From Coraliomargarita sp. (GTDB lineage: Bacteria; Verrucomicrobiota; Verrucomicrobiia; Opitutales; Coraliomargaritaceae): a stretch of DNA of 64,000 nt. Shown here piece after piece: positions 43,333-52,455 of this stretch (position 1 is the first letter of the stretch; every line of letters begins with the position of its first letter). The stretch spans positions 1,504,001-1,568,000 of the forward strand of contig OZ244160.1 in NCBI GenBank assembly GCA_965216325.1, given 5' to 3'. A model generated the notes under the pieces. That model made no database searches. It was not told where the DNA came from and saw nothing but the letters and a program-made list of their open reading frames with translations. A program made the translations under genes and the position numbers.

Positions 43333-43575
43333 CTAGGCAGTCTGCCCGAGCGGAACTTCGATGTAGCGCTCGCGCGACATCTCAGAACCATAAGCGATAC
43401 ATGCATAGATGTCTTCGCGCTCTAACTGTGGATAGTCTTCGAGGATCTCCTCCAAAGACATCTCAGTAAGCATATCCAGCACCAATGAGACCCAGATTCG
43501 ATGCCCCTTAATGCACGGCTTTCCGAAACAGACATCCGGATGAATCGAGATGCGGTCTAGATATTTTGGGTTCAT
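43333..43575 (-). CDS. DUF433 antitoxin-like protein
   Basis: RISIHPDVCFGKPCIKGHRIWV...YPQLEREDIYACIAY. Confidence 0.9.
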   Translation of the reverse strand: MNPKYLDRISIHPDVCFGKPCIKGHRIWVSLVLDMLTEMSLEEILEDYPQLEREDIYACIAYGSEMSRERYIEVPLGQTA

Positions 43576-44174
43576 GTTACGTTAAAAATGGCAAAGGCAG
43601 GGTAAATGTCAATTGAGAGCCTGCGGCTTGAAGGGGAACGAGCCCCCAATGGGGTCATGTCATTACCTTTGTGGGTGTTCCTGGATGATTCTGCGCAAGA
43701 ACCTAGGGCTTCAGGGGAGACGGCGGGGGTGAAGGGGAACCGTTCATTACGTGAATGGACGTTAATTTTTGGAGGATGAAGGGACACCTAGTTTTTAGTC
43801 ATTAGGTATTAGGGTCTAGGCGCTTAATTTTAATCTCTGCGGCGGAGCTTTTCCAGAGGCCGGAAGACAGAGGTCAGAGGACAGACTATTTTGCTGGAAG
43901 TGCGCTTCTACTTTTGGCTATGTGGCGGGCGCATCAAGTTGCGCCCCTACGGCTGTGCGGAGTCTGCTACTTTCGATGCGGGGGCCCCAATGCGGTCACG
44001 TCATTAGCTTTGTGGGTGTTCATGGATGATTCTGCGCAAGAACCTAGGGCTTCAGGGGTGGTGGCGGAGCCGACGTGTGCGGGTGAACCTTTAATGAACA
44101 TTGATTCTTAGAGGGCAGTGGGCAGAAGTGCGTCCACCGCTCGACAAGCTCGCGACCTTCGGCAAGTGGAGCAC

Positions 44175-44333
44175 CTACGGATTTCGCTTTTTAAGCTGTT
44201 TAGCCAAAGCCAAAGCCTGAGCATTCCATTCCAACTTCTGGCGGAAGCTTAGCTTGCGGTCCGCATCACGGCGAGCTGCCTCTGCTCCGCTCCAAGTTGC
44301 TACCTTCCAACTGGCTGAATTCCCTTCACTCAT
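44175..44333 (-). CDS. 52-aa small partner protein of the nucleotidyltransferase (not in ORF track)
   Basis: MSEGNSASWKVATWSGAEAARRDADRKLSFRQKLEWNAQALALAKQLKKRNP*; start overlaps the NTase stop. Confidence 0.65.
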   Translation of the reverse strand: MSEGNSASWKVATWSGAEAARRDADRKLSFRQKLEWNAQALALAKQLKKRNP

Positions 44334-44829
44334 GGCCCTCATTCAATTGGTCCAACTCCTCTAAATCAAGCAAATCACGTGGCCGCCCGGCCTGCTGTTT
44401 CATCGCACGCAAGTGCTCTAGGCCAACCACTGGAATTACCGTGTCCGCCCCTAGCTCATACTCAACACGCTCCGCATACATATCGGAGAAAGCAAAGGGT
44501 TCCTCGACGAAAATATCGACGGGGCAATCCATCAGTTGCTCACTGACCAGCTGATAAACCTGCATCCCTTTCTCTTGCTGCCAAATCCGTCGTTTCTCGG
44601 GGTCTGCAAAGTCCATCAAATCTACCGGAATGTTTGGACGATACCCATAGCGTGCAAAGAGTTCGAGTGCGCGTCGCGGGTTATTGCCATCGAGTGCGAT
44701 CACCAAATCGAGGTCACGTGTCACTCGGAGATAGCCATGCGCCAAAACCGCCAGCCCGCCAACCACCAGATAGCGAACGCCTGCTGCGTTCAGCGCGGCA
44801 AACAACTTTTCTAAATGTTCGGGGTTCAT
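44326..44829 (-). CDS. Nucleotidyltransferase, AbiEii/DUF6036-like
   Basis: YLVVGGLAVLAHGYLRVTRDLDL and MKQQAGRPRDLLD. Confidence 0.82.
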   Translation of the reverse strand: MNPEHLEKLFAALNAAGVRYLVVGGLAVLAHGYLRVTRDLDLVIALDGNNPRRALELFARYGYRPNIPVDLMDFADPEKRRIWQQEKGMQVYQLVSEQLMDCPVDIFVEEPFAFSDMYAERVEYELGADTVIPVVGLEHLRAMKQQAGRPRDLLDLEELDQLNEGHE

Positions 44830-44996
44830 TCTGACAGTGATGAATCGCGAGATACGCTCATAGTTTAAGCTGAAGCGACGAGGATAAAGGAATTACTACA
44901 TTCGGCGGGCGTCGCAATCAACGCCCCTACGATTTCACTTAAAACCTAATTACTTAACACTTAAGACTATCGACCGACCTATTAGCAGCTTTGCTG

Positions 44997-46511
44997 CTAA
45001 TAGGTCGGTCGATACAAATTCCTACTTTTCTGGGAGCGGTAGTCATTCGGCTCTTTCGCGATCGCTTCAAAGTTGAGCGGGCAGTCGTTCAACTCCTGCC
45101 AACGACTGGCAGCCGTGCCCCAGGCCTCGGCGGCAACGTCGGTAATAATCGCGAACTGGTGTTCGGAGAAATTCGCTTTCTCGGCATAGAGCTTCAGCTC
45201 CCCCGTAGCCCCTCCACGCACTGGATGTACATCGAGCCACACCAAGTCGGAGTCCTCATGCGTGTTCCCCGGCAGATAAAACTGGCGAACATCCTCACCG
45301 AGTTGCAGCTCGGCTTTACAAAAGCCCATCTTTTTCAACACAAAGTGAAAGTCCGTCCATAGGTGATTGCCGGAATCGGCACGCTCGACCTCCGCCACAA
45401 ACCAGTTTTTCAAATAGAGCGCATTCCTGGTATCGGCTCGCGCCTGGAAAGAGTCATTCAGCATCGCACGCAAAGAAGCTGCGGTGATTTTTTGACCACG
45501 CAAAATGAAGAGCACGATGACAAAGCCGAAGCCAAAGAAAATGGGTAGGTAACGCCCTTGATCTGCGAAGAAAAGCAGCGCTCCAACCAGTGCGACCAGG
45601 GAGCATCCATAGAGCACCATCACCGTGTTGCGGTGCGAGAGGCCCGTGCGCATGAGCCGGTGGTGAATATGCTGCTTGTCGGGACGAAAGAGCGGCAGGC
45701 CCCGAATTCCCCGACGAATCATCGCGAACGAAACGTCGATGATCGGCAGCGCCAGCGCCAAGACCGGAGCCAGTAAGGCCGCAGCGACCGCGCCCTTCTG
45801 CGAATTCAGCAAGGCCAGCGCGGCAATCACATAGCCGATCATGTAGGCACCCGAATCCCCCATGTATACCTTGGCTGGTGGAAAATTATGAAAGAGAAAT
45901 CCTAGAATCGCTCCGATCATTCCGAGCGCCATAATGAGCGAAAAGCCCCCCCCTCCAGTGGAATAGCTGAGATAGGCCAAGAGCACCATCAACATGAAGC
46001 CCACGCCGCCAGCCAAGCCATCGAGCCCATCAATCAAATTGATCAGGTTCATCACTGCCACAAACCAGAAAACAGTGATCCCCATCGAGAGTGGTCCAAA
46101 GGCGATCATGACATCGGTAAAGGGGATCATGAAGCGCTCGATCGACAAGCCACAGTAATAGGCCATCACACCCAAGCCAATCTGCGCCAGCAACTTGAGC
46201 TTCGCACCCAAGGGCCGCAGGTCATCAATAAAGCCTAGCAAGAAGGCACCCGCCCCCCCCACAAACACCGCATAGTGCATGAGTGTTTTGTTGTCTTTAT
46301 GATCCAACAACAGAAAGCACAGCAGATAGGTAACGCCAAAGCCAGCCACGAGCCCCACACCGCCGATGCGCGGAATGACACCGGTGTGCGTGTGGTGATG
46401 CTGTGGCTGTGCGGTGTTACCCTGCGCAAAACCAACGGCCAACAGACCATGAATCACGATCCACGCCGTGAGACAGCCAAGTAAGATGAAGAATAGGAAA
46501 GGGAAGAGCAT
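44997..46511 (-). CDS. wecA: WecA/MraY-family undecaprenyl-phosphate sugar-1-phosphate transferase with C-terminal extension
   Basis: PRIGG, GFIDD, NLINLIDGLDGLA, NFPPAKVYMGDSG, HIHHRL. Confidence 0.88.
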   Translation of the reverse strand: MLFPFLFFILLGCLTAWIVIHGLLAVGFAQGNTAQPQHHHTHTGVIPRIGGVGLVAGFGVTYLLCFLLLDHKDNKTLMHYAVFVGGAGAFLLGFIDDLRPLGAKLKLLAQIGLGVMAYYCGLSIERFMIPFTDVMIAFGPLSMGITVFWFVAVMNLINLIDGLDGLAGGVGFMLMVLLAYLSYSTGGGGFSLIMALGMIGAILGFLFHNFPPAKVYMGDSGAYMIGYVIAALALLNSQKGAVAAALLAPVLALALPIIDVSFAMIRRGIRGLPLFRPDKQHIHHRLMRTGLSHRNTVMVLYGCSLVALVGALLFFADQGRYLPIFFGFGFVIVLFILRGQKITAASLRAMLNDSFQARADTRNALYLKNWFVAEVERADSGNHLWTDFHFVLKKMGFCKAELQLGEDVRQFYLPGNTHEDSDLVWLDVHPVRGGATGELKLYAEKANFSEHQFAIITDVAAEAWGTAASRWQELNDCPLNFEAIAKEPNDYRSQKSRNLYRPTY

Positions 46512-46635
46512 CGCGAAGCGATGGTCTGGCAAAGCCAGACAAGGTGTGAGGTTTTAGGGTTTAATTGTTAGGGATTAGGAACTGAACCGTTTAGACTGTA
46601 GAAGCAATTGCTTTTTAGGGGCTAGTCCTTACTTT

Positions 46636-47391
46636 CTAGAGCTTGCTTTGACGAGAACGAATTAGCCCCTGTAACATCTTCGCGACTTGTCCACACTCGT
46701 CTATGAGACCTGACAATGCCTCGACATCGCAATCATACACTTCGGCTGCGATCTCCAGTTGCGTGGACAATTCTGCTGCCGATGCTTTGGCAATGTTCAA
46801 AAAGCGGATGGACTCTCTGAGGGCATCACGCGCCTCGCCTTCAGCGAAGCTCCAAATGGGGTCATGTCATTAGCTTTGTGGGTGTTCATGGATGATTCTG
46901 CGCAAGAACCTAGGGCTACAGGGGAACGGCGGGGGTGAAGGGGAACCGTTCATTACGTGAATGGACGTTAATTTTTGGAGGATGGCTTTGCGGGGAAAGC
47001 GGAGCTTTTCCAGAGGCCGGAAGACAGAGGTCAGACTATTTTGCTGGAAGTGCGCTTCTACTTTGGGCTCTGTGGCGGGCGCATCAAGTTGCGCCCCTAC
47101 GGCGGTGCGGAGTCCTGCTACTTTCGTGGGCCAAAGGGGTCAAACGCAAAATCTAAAGACAGGCGCTGCGTGCCGAGGAGTCGTCAAGGAGTTGAGTCGT
47201 TCGGCGGAGCCAGGCGGCTACGCCGAGTGGTGAGTTTTGACTGGTGAAGGGTGAAGATTGATGAACGATGGAAGACCACAGAGTGAAGTGGAGACGGTGT
47301 AAGCACCGCACTATAACGACTGCTGCGCTTTACGCATTCGACAAACTTATCGACGCGAGGCTTGTAAATCTCGATAGCCTTCACTCACCAC
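46636..47391 (-). pseudogene. Four helix bundle gene split by a composite repeat
   Basis: N-terminus VSEGYRDLQ at 47361..47391; C-terminal half AEGEARD..RFLNIAKASAAELSTQLEIA..KMLQGLIRS..* at 46636..46848. Confidence 0.8.
46849..47364. mobile_element. ~0.5-kb composite repeat unit (second copy ~39700..40181)
   Basis: Both copies begin TCCAAATGGGGTC and end CGACGCGAGGCTTG; the right ~250 bp appear identical; this copy replaces the middle of a gene. Confidence 0.65.
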
Positions 47392-47675
47392 GTGCCTATC
47401 CTAATCCCTAACAACTAAGTCCTAAAAACTCCAGCATGGCAGCTTCGCTGGCATGCTGCCGCCCTTGGTCGCACGGGACATTCCGAAACCAATTTTGGAG
47501 GTGCGCTTGCTATGAATGGATAGCGAATGGCGAAAAATGACTGTTAAAACGCGCTTGAGGCGCGGAGGGAGCGGCAGGGCCGCGATTGAAAATTAAAGAT
47601 TTAAAATTTCAGAGTTACAAAGTTCGGGCAATGCGAGTGGAGTCTTCAATATTCAATCGATAATCTGAAATAAGT

Positions 47676-48236
47676 CTAAATCACACTCTCACTGGAGTCG
47701 TCGGAGGATAATAATTCGGCCCCGCCGAGCACTGCAGTGACCACGGGCAGCAGTTTGACCATGCGCGCCTGCCAATTGATGAGGGTGCCCAAGCGTTGTT
47801 CGGCGTGCTTTCGCTGCGCGGGATCTGGCTCTGCCTCGATTAAGTCGCGGATGCCTTGAATCCTCGCAGCTCCGGACTGCAGGTGCGGATTGAACTGGTC
47901 CTGAATGAAGCCGCGCACCAAACGCTTGATCGAGAGCTCCGGCACGTAGTGATCCTTACGACTTCCAGCCACATACTGCACCTTCACCGCACCAAACTGG
48001 CGTAGCAGCTTTAAGCCCTGGCTGACGGAACCCTTGCTGATTCCCAAGCGCTCAACCTGATCGTCAAAGGTGAGCGGACGCTCCGCACAATACAGCACCC
48101 CATAGATCTCCCCCACCGAGCGCGGTAAGCCAATCAAATTGGCGGCACGGACAAACATCTCGACCATCGCGACTTCCCAGGGCTGCAAGGCTCTGGAGGG
48201 CGCTTCTTCAAAGGGAACTGTGGGCTCCGAGGGCAT
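47676..48236 (-). CDS. GbsR/MarR-family transcriptional regulator
   Basis: GLPRSVGEIYGVLY..PLTFD..ERLGISKGSVSQGLKLL...RKDHY; start taken at MPSEP. Confidence 0.85.
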   Translation of the reverse strand: MPSEPTVPFEEAPSRALQPWEVAMVEMFVRAANLIGLPRSVGEIYGVLYCAERPLTFDDQVERLGISKGSVSQGLKLLRQFGAVKVQYVAGSRKDHYVPELSIKRLVRGFIQDQFNPHLQSGAARIQGIRDLIEAEPDPAQRKHAEQRLGTLINWQARMVKLLPVVTAVLGGAELLSSDDSSESVI

Positions 48237-48336
48237 GAGGAGGGTCCGCGCAGTGGATCCGTTATTAGTCTTTAGGTGTTGGGCATTAGGAGGGCAGGAA
48301 CACTGCAGAACCACTATTCATGAACAATCGCGCCAA

Positions 48337-48360
48337 TTTGTTCAAGTTTTTTTGAACAAA
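48337..48360. promoter_or_regulatory. Perfect 9-6-9 palindrome, candidate operator of the GbsR-like regulator
   Basis: TTTGTTCAA-GTTTTT-TTGAACAAA about 100 bp upstream of the regulator start. Confidence 0.55.
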
Positions 48361-48475
48361 CCATACAACTAATGCATTTAGCGGCAAAGCTCAAGAGGGC
48401 TTCACCCTAGAATACCGAGGACGCAATCGAGCATTGCGACCACCCACACCAGCGGGCTTCGCAAGCAAAGCCCCT

Positions 48476-48811
48476 GCTATGTTCGTTTCTGTCAAGAGTG
48501 TAGAAGCGTGTGAGTGTTTTTACATAAGATAAGTGGTTTGTTTTGATTGCAATCGTCTTTGAGCGTCCACCGCGCATGGCCTCGGAGTTTCGATGATCCG
48601 GGATAACCTGCTATCCGTGTTTCTGAGTGTTTCTCAGAAGAGCACACTATGACCTATCCATTGGGTCATTCAAAAGCTTGGTGGCGAAGTGGCCTATTCT
48701 ACAAAATCGTTGTGTTGGCAACAGGGGCTTGGTCAGACTCACTCCGCACAAAGGAAAACTGCAAAAGAACGTTAAAATCAGAGGGTGAAGGCCTTTAGCG
48801 TTGGTTCGGAC
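48476..48811 (-). ncRNA. Candidate bridge/seek RNA region downstream of the IS110 recombinase
   Basis: ~335 nt non-coding end with hairpins, matches to both target halves (AAGCCCCT, TTGTAG) and to the donor end (ATAGCAG); exact RNA ends unknown. Confidence 0.65.
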
Positions 48812-49900
48812 TTATGGGTTTTGTCTGCTTATCAGTCCGAAGTCTTCGAGACTGCATTGGCCAGTGCGTATGCGCCACCAGTCCACGGCGAACTGCCGGG
48901 CGATGGCCACGGCAATTTTCTTGCGGGTCGCCTTACTGGTGGTCTCGTCGCTGAGCTTGGCCTGCCATTTACGCACCCCACTGTAGCCGGGATTCCACCG
49001 GATCAATAACCAGGCGCACTCTTGTAGCATATGCCGCAGGCGGGGACTGCCGTGTTTGTTGATCGAGCCCTGGAAACGCCGATTTGCACTAGTGTCTTCG
49101 CTTGGGCACAGTCCGGTAAAGGAACTGACCGCCTTGCGGTTGTTGAATCGCTTCCAGTTGCAGACCTCACGTTCGATCTGTTCATAGAGGACCACCCCCA
49201 TGCCTTTAGGCAGCACCCGTTCCGGCTCGAGCGCTTCGATACGTTCTTCGATGTTGCTGATTAGCTCGCTAAAGTGCAGGCAGTTTAACCGCAGTGGCTC
49301 CAGCAGGCTGATCAAAAAATCGTCGAGCTGTTCGAGTAGCTGCATCCATTTGCGCGGCTTCCACCAGCCGCTGGGTAAGGGTTGATCGTAATACAGTCCC
49401 AGACTCTTACCACGCTTGGCCGCACGGCCACGTTCTTTGACGAAGCTTTCACGCTGCCGGGTTAGGCTGCGGTGACGCTCTTCTTGCTCGCTGGGCACAC
49501 GCACGACACTGAAGCTGCGGTCATTGCCCCGCAGATAGCCGTCCAGACTCAAGACCATTTGCAACGCATCACGCGCGTCGGTCTTTACCTTCTTACCATG
49601 AGTGTCCCAGTTGATCGGGCGGATTACGTGGTTGTTCACGCCCATCGCCTTGAGCTTGCGGTGCAGGCTGTAACCAAAAGGACCGGCCTCGTAGCAACTT
49701 TGCAACTGCTCGCACTGAGTGCTCAGCTGCTTAATCCATCGAAGGAAGATATCAGGCTTCATGCGCTTCGCGCGTGAAGGGGCGCTGCTATCGATCTTCA
49801 TGACCACCACGTAGGTGCTCGCATGCACGTCAATGCCAAGCTTGATTACTGTGCCCAGTGCGTTCTTAGTTGTCCGTGTAGATGATGTGGGGTTTTGCAT
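48812..49900 (-). CDS. IS110 family DEDD recombinase/transposase
   Basis: LGIDVH, CYEAG, KTDARDA (DEDD RuvC-like); GLCPSEDTS..GSINKHG C-terminal domain. Confidence 0.95.
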   Translation of the reverse strand: MQNPTSSTRTTKNALGTVIKLGIDVHASTYVVVMKIDSSAPSRAKRMKPDIFLRWIKQLSTQCEQLQSCYEAGPFGYSLHRKLKAMGVNNHVIRPINWDTHGKKVKTDARDALQMVLSLDGYLRGNDRSFSVVRVPSEQEERHRSLTRQRESFVKERGRAAKRGKSLGLYYDQPLPSGWWKPRKWMQLLEQLDDFLISLLEPLRLNCLHFSELISNIEERIEALEPERVLPKGMGVVLYEQIEREVCNWKRFNNRKAVSSFTGLCPSEDTSANRRFQGSINKHGSPRLRHMLQECAWLLIRWNPGYSGVRKWQAKLSDETTSKATRKKIAVAIARQFAVDWWRIRTGQCSLEDFGLISRQNP

Positions 49901-49949
49901 AAGTTTATCATCATAGCACTTCCGTGCTCCTGATAAACGCCCATGTCAT

Positions 49950-51569
49950 CTACAACGCAAGGTAGGGGCGCGACTCGACGCGCCCGCCGACAGAGTAGCA
50001 ACCCGCCACACGTAAACGGGCGTGCGCGAGGCCCGCCCCTACAATACACGGGCCGAAAACAGAGACAGAGCCTATCCGGAGCATGGCAATGGCGGAGCAT
50101 TGCCCTCCAGCCAAATAGCACAAAGTTAAGCGCCTGGAGTTAAGAACGTAGGGCTTCTGCTTGCAGAATGCCGCAGCGTTGTAAGCCACGTCAGCGGCTC
50201 CGCCATTCGGCCTAAGCTCAGGATCGAAGGCAAGCAAAGCCCTACAACGCAAGGTAGGGGCGCGACTCGACGCGCCCGCCAACAGAGCAGCAACCCGTCA
50301 TACGTAACCGGGCGTGCGCGAGGCCCGCCCCTACAATACACGGGCCGACCACAGAGACAGAGCCTATCCGGAGCATGGCAATGGCGGAGCATTGCCCTCC
50401 ACCCAAATGACACAAAGTTAAGCGTCTGGAGTTCAGAACGTAGGGCTTCTGCTTGCAGAATGCCGCAGCGTTGTAAGCCACGTCAGCGGCTCCGCCATTC
50501 GGCCTAAGCTCAGGATCGAAGGCAAGCAAAGCCCTACAACGCAAGGTAGGGGCGCGACTCGACGCGCCCGCCGACAGAGCAGCAACCCGTCATACGTAAC
50601 CGGGCGTGCGCGAGGCCCGCCCCTACAATACACGGGCCGAAAACAGAGACAGAGCCTATCAGGAGCATGGCAATGGCGGAGCATTGCCCTCCACCCAAAT
50701 GGCACAAAGTTAAGCGTCTGGAGTTCAGAACGTAGGGCTTCTGCTTGCAGAATGCCGCAGCGTTGTAAGCCACGTCAGCGGCTCCGCCATTCGGCCTAAG
50801 CTCAGGATCGAAGGCAAGCAAAGCCCCTACAACGCAAGGTAGGGGCGCGACTCGACGCGCCCGCCAACAAAGCAGCAACCCGTCATACGTAAACGGGCGT
50901 GCGCGAGGCCCGCCCCTACAGTACACGGGCCGACCACAGAGACAGAGCCATCCGGAGCATGGCAATGGCGGAGCATTGCCCTCCAGCCAAATAGCACAAA
51001 GTTAAGCGTCTGGAGTTCAGAACGTAGGGCTTCTGCTTGCAGAATGCCGCAGCGTTGTAAGCCACGTCAGCTCGCCATTCGGCCTAAGCTCAGGATCGAA
51101 GGCAAGCAAAGCCCTACAACGCAAGGTAGGGGCGCGACTCGACGCGCCCGCCAACAAAGCAGCAACCCGTCATACGTAAACGGGCGTGCGCGAGGCCCGC
51201 CCCTACAATACACGGGCCGACCACAGAGACAGAGCCTATCCGGAGCATGGCAATGGCGGAGCATTGCCCTCCAGCCAAATGACACAAAGTTAAGCGCCTG
51301 AGTTCAGAACGTAGGGCTTCTGCTTGCAGAATGCCACAGCGTTGTAAGCCACGTCAGCGGCTCCGCCATTCGGCCTAAGCTCAGGATCGAAGGCAAGCAA
51401 AGCCCCTACAACGCAAGGTAGCGGCGCGACTCGACGCGCCCGCCAACAAAGCAGCAACCCGTCATACGTAAACGGGCGTGCGCGAGGCCCGCCCCTACAG
51501 TACACGGGCCGACCACAGAGACAGAGCCATCCGGAGCATGGCAATGGCGGAGCATTGCCCTCCAGCCAA
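49950..51569. repeat. Tandem array of ~5.5 x 292-bp REP-rich units (BIME-like)
   Basis: TACAACGCAAGGTAG at 49951, 50243, 50535, 50828, 51115, 51407; each unit has two inverted GTAG-REP pairs and a GGCAATG-N6-CATTGCC hairpin. Confidence 0.95.
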
Positions 51570-51756
51570 AAACAAACACCTAACTAAGTTCCGAACGAAG
51601 CAATGAAGTGCGTTGAGCACGTAAATAGTGCACCGTAGGTGTGCCCGTAGTGTAATGGAGAGTGACCAAACTGGGTGCCCTCTGGGCGAGTGAGGAAACA
51701 CAAGACCGGATGCGGAGCAGACCGGACCACTTAAAACTAAAGCAGCTACGCTGCGC

Positions 51757-52029
51757 TTACCCCTTCGCGACGATCGGCGCAATCAGCAAGAACCACGAAG
51801 CGACACCGCTAAACAACAGCATAAACACCCCGCATGTGCCCATAAAACGCGCAAACTTTTTATACTCGATGGCATTGCTCACACCAAAAAGTTTCGAGCA
51901 CACCGTGCCACGCAATTTGCGCTTGGACTCCTCCGATGCAGCAATGCAGTAAATCCCGATCACGCCCGGCATGAAGCTGATGAAGACTTTAACTAGAAGT
52001 ATTACGAATCCGACGTTTAGGAGTTCCAT
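51757..52029 (-). CDS. Small hypothetical membrane protein
   Basis: 90 aa with two hydrophobic segments. Confidence 0.6.
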   Translation of the reverse strand: MELLNVGFVILLVKVFISFMPGVIGIYCIAASEESKRKLRGTVCSKLFGVSNAIEYKKFARFMGTCGVFMLLFSGVASWFLLIAPIVAKG

Positions 52030-52455
52030 GGCAATAAATGTTAGGAGGAATCAGGTGGCATGAGCGGGAAACCGCCACTTGCCAATCTTAAAATGGGAGC
52101 CAGCGCAGCTGGCAGCATTAAGTCTTAAGTTTTTAGGTGTTAGGAAAATTGGGCGCTCGCGCCGCTTAAAGCGACGCCCCGTGCAGGACAATAAAGGCCC
52201 GAACTCCTGGCGCGAACATGACCGGACGCGGAACAGACCAACCTCGCCCCGAGGTCTAGGGGCCATGGCAAGGAAATGCATCCACCGCTCGACAAGCTCG
52301 GGACCCGTGGCAAGTGGAGCATCTACCCCCAGCAAGAAATCGACCCCCTCTCCAACAACTAACAGCTAAATCCTCCTCATCGCCCGCATTGTTAAATGAA
52401 TCAATTTTAAACTTAATAATTGATTCCTAGCGGCCGAACCACTTTTACTGCTCAG

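Larger units (their letters stand above)
36390..47364. repeat. Dispersed family of modular spacer repeats between TA cassettes
   Basis: 30-bp motif AACCGTT(C/A)ATTACGTGAATGGACGTTAATT at 36485, 36834, 37651, 37828, 38734, 39553, 39795, 41009, 41186, 42728, 43738, 46944. ~65-bp block starting GGGGTCATGTC (or GCGGTCACGTC) at 36399, 38647, 39466, 39708, 43651, 43992, 46858. Confidence 0.9.
48476..49949 (-). mobile_element. IS110-family element with IS1111-type layout
   Basis: Flanked by CT at 48474-5 and 49950-1. Removing it restores GCAAGCAAAGCCCCTACAACGCAAGG, identical to array units at ~50815 and ~51394. Imperfect subterminal IR ATGnnCGTTT; TTGACA near the right end. Confidence 0.9.

Noticed and set aside
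34800..44830. Classical integron with attC sites
   Set aside because: No tyrosine integrase in the window. The AAC...GTT hairpin spans only 26 bp and does not fit RYYYAAC/GTTRRRY or minimal attC length.
36390..47000. CRISPR array interpretation of the 30-bp motif
   Set aside because: Spacing is irregular (about 0.2-3 kb), the intervening DNA is genes or other repeats, and there are no cas genes.
49950..51569. Guide-RNA (TIGR- or CRISPR-like) array for the IS110 protein
   Set aside because: Units are 292 bp, nearly identical with no variable spacers, lie outside the IS boundary and are made of REPs.
49846..51782. Repeated ORFs in the tandem array
   Set aside because: They are translations of palindromic repeats, with frames broken differently in each unit.
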